From the NCBI RefSeq assembly GCF_009914755.1, contig NC_060926.1: 64,000 bases of DNA, one strand, 5' to 3'. Under the pieces are notes generated by a model, which worked only from the letters and a program-made list of their open reading frames with translations, searched no databases and had not been told where the DNA came from. Origin of the DNA: the human T2T-CHM13v2.0 reference genome, Homo sapiens. This document shows positions 62,196 through 64,000 of the stretch, piece by piece. Numbering within the stretch: the first letter of the stretch is position 1; each line of letters starts with the position of its first letter. Made by a program: the position numbers and the translations under genes.

Positions 62196-63361
62196 CTCCT
62201 TTTCTGTCACTTTCAGAACCTGTTCTCATTCGTGGCTTGCTCTACTCCGAATGCCTAAAACTTGGATCTCACTGCATATGCCACTGTGGACCCCCTTTGC
62301 CACTCCTTGATGGCTGCCGTGGAGGTCAGGGTTCTGAGAGCCACCTACAGTCCTCAGAGCACTCCTTCCTTTTGTGATGAAGGTGATCATCAGGATGCCA
62401 CTCAACGTTAGCTGCATCTGTCTGGCCTGAGCCTCAGATTCCTCTTCCGCAAAATGGAATAATAATATCTGTTCCATAGATGGTTCCAAAAGATGATGTG
62501 CCTCATCCATGATAGTTCTTGTCCAGTCACAATATGATCATGGCCCCTTGGAAGGTTTCATTCTGAAAGGCAATGAGTGTACCTCAACTTTTGGTTTATC
62601 ATTTATAAGTTTTGATTATATGGGGGGCATTTGAAGCAAATACCTTAGGGGTGACACTGATTCTGTCAGGGCCTGAACCGTTTGAGAAATAGGCAAGAGC
62701 AGACTCCCTAATCAAACTTGCACATCCTCAAGGCAGCTGATTTCTGTGTTAGGAGAAAAGCAATCTTCTTGAGCAAATGTGTGAAGAGGAATTTTCACTT
62801 CTGAGGCTCTTCATTAAGTCTATTTCAGGAATCTTAGCAAAGGGACTGAAAAATTCCAGATCCTATGGGGGTGGGATTGCACTGGGACAAGCAGAAGCTG
62901 GCCAGGCCTGCCAGGAGTTTGCCTTGCAAGTCAGACCTGTTAGGCAGCCCCTGCTTTTTGGCATTTTCTTCCCTTCGCTATTCTTGGAGTTATGGCTTCT
63001 CAGAAACACAAGTGACCAGGCAAGCAGGCGTTACAATGGCTGTGTGGGTTGTTTGTGATCTGCAGCTCTTCCATATGGAGATCTCTTCAGGAAGCAGCCT
63101 TCCCTTTGTCCTTTCCCTGTATGCACACAAGAATATGGGCACCACAGAGACTGAGCTTCAGATCCATTTGAACAAACTTTACTGCACTCCTATGGCAAAC
63201 ACTTTAGTTCCCAGGTGCAGCAGAGTATTCACTCATGAATAAGACAGATCCCTGCCCTCTAAAAAGAAAATCAATAGGTATCCACCAGGTATAAAGTAAG
63301 AAAGACGGTGATAACTATACTAATACAGATAAAAACATAGTGCTTTGTTATAAATGGTGCT

Positions 63362-63854
63362 ATATTATTATTGTGGTCACAAACTTTGTGGCTTAAAACA
63401 ACAGAAATTTATTCTCTCATACGCAGCCTAAAGTCTGAAATGAGTCTTATAAGGCAACAATCAAGGAGTCAGAAGGGCTAGGTTTTCTCTGGAGTCTCCA
63501 GGGAGAGTCCATTCCTTGACTCTTCCAGTATCTAGTGGCAGCTAGATACTGCCTGACTTGCAGCCACATCTCTCCAATCTTTGCCTCTGTGGTTCTTGCC
63601 TTCTCCTTTTCTTTGTGAAATCTCCTGCTTATAAAGAAATATGCAATTGCATTTTGGTCCCACCTGGATAAGAAAACATGCAATTGAATTTTGAGCCTAT
63701 CTGGATAAGCTAAGGGAATCTTACCATTTTAAGATACCTAAAGCAATCACACCTACTAAGTCCTTTTTTGCTATACATGAGAACAATCACAGGTTCTAAG
63801 GATGAGGTGGTGGTGGATACCTTTTGGATGGAGGGCATTATTCAGTCCACTACA
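63362..63854 (-). mobile_element. MLT1D-type MaLR LTR
   Basis: gtggcttaaaacaacagaaatttattctctc...aagtctgaaatgagtct...attcagtccactaca; internal ~37-nt tandem duplication at about 63641-63709. Confidence 0.85.
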
Positions 63855-63896
63855 GGTGCCACCCTCATTTTGCTGCTCACCCCCCACATAGTCTGT

Positions 63897-64000
63897 AGCT
63901 ATGCTGTCCAATATGGCAGCCACTAGTCACATGTAGCTACTGAGCACTTGAAATGTGGCTGGTCTGAATTGAAAAGTGTTGTAAGTATAAACTACACAAT
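63897..64000. mobile_element. MER33 DNA transposon (runs off the window)
   Basis: gctgtccaatatggcagccactagtcacatgtagctactgagcacttgaaatgtggct...tgtaagtataaa. Confidence 0.85.

Overview
Primate (human/great-ape-like) non-coding DNA dominated by interspersed repeats. I recognised no cellular protein-coding exon, RNA gene or CRISPR array. Major elements: a full-length, inactivated L1PA4-6-type LINE-1 (24114-30249, -); a 5'-truncated L1 inserted into an AluJ (48756-51386, -); a twin-primed, 5'-inverted L1PA2-type insertion (59631-62190); about 14 Alus; several solo LTRs; and ancient MIR, L2, L1M and MER DNA-transposon fragments. Most interesting observations: (1) a 1.8-kb ERV1 (LTR9/HUERS-P3-like) piece that looks like an L1-retrotransposed processed retroviral RNA (no U5, degenerate poly(A) tail, TSD shared with a neighbouring Alu); (2) inside it, two intact ATGA-coupled small membrane-protein ORFs, the second a signal peptide + Env-TM 'mini-Env'; (3) two L1s 24.66 kb apart with separate TSDs that share rare mutations including an RT frameshift, suggesting local ectopic gene conversion; (4) a possible old inversion/translocation at about 9.75-12.6 kb inferred from split repeats. 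Repeat orientation bias and two splice-site-flanked segments suggest an intron of a + strand transcript. Repeat subfamily names come from recalled consensus sequences and need RepeatMasker/Dfam confirmation.
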